A DNA stretch of 64,000 nucleotides from Gekko japonicus (taxonomy: Eukaryota): positions 154,348 to 218,347 of the forward strand of contig NW_015165850.1 in the NCBI RefSeq assembly GCF_001447785.1, given 5' to 3'. Position 1 is the first letter of the stretch; each line of letters begins with the position of its first letter. Shown in pieces: positions 63,835 through 64,000 of the stretch. The translations under genes were made by a program, and so were the position numbers. A model generated the notes under the pieces. The model saw only the letters and a list, made by a program, of their open reading frames with translations. It was not told the DNA's origin and ran no database searches.

Positions 63835-64000
63835 TACTGCAAAGAACTAGTTCATGCTTATAAGACCCGCTCACCTCAAAATGACATACCCAGGTCAAGC
63901 TTGCAGAAGGCTCCTGTACCTGGTACATGAGCAGTACAATTGTTTTTTTCCCTACCTTCTATCTTCAGTCCCTTGTATTCAGCACCGCTCTACAGGATCC

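Noticed and set aside
61900-64000. UBR2 3' end expected by synteny on the minus strand
   Set aside because: No UBR2 coding exon recognised; the TTTATT at 62640 alone is insufficient.

Overview
Vertebrate genomic DNA from a squamate reptile, most likely a gecko, judging by the Sauria SINE, BovB/RTE, CR1, L2 and Squam3-like SINE content. The scaffold has four N gaps. Two host genes are clear on the + strand: intronless TBCC (29168-30193, 341 aa) and three-exon PRPH2 (CDS 35335-35915, 42821-43067, 55805-56035; 352 aa, canonical GT-AG). A CpG-retaining promoter-like region at about 7.2-9.8 kb is probably the minus-strand BICRAL (GLTSCR1L) promoter, inferred only from the conserved amniote order BICRAL-TBCC-PRPH2-UBR2; no BICRAL or UBR2 coding exon was recognised. 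The rest is dense, often nested transposable elements. The most unusual object is a 1.78 kb TSD-flanked L1-type element (24201-25980) with a CpG-rich 5'UTR, ORF1 only, a 3' hairpin and a short A tail but no ORF2, i.e. a HAL1-like 'half-L1'; its ORF1p ends in an acidic tail with a YNLR motif. Also notable: a Penelope-like fold-back insertion with a hammerhead-ribozyme core inside a multi-layer TE nest, a 5S rRNA-headed RTE-tailed SINE family (7 copies) beside its probable partner LINE, an LTR nested in an LTR, a perfect CR1-tail hairpin, and a reciprocal identical duplication that may be an assembly artefact. TE family names come from motif recognition, not database searches.
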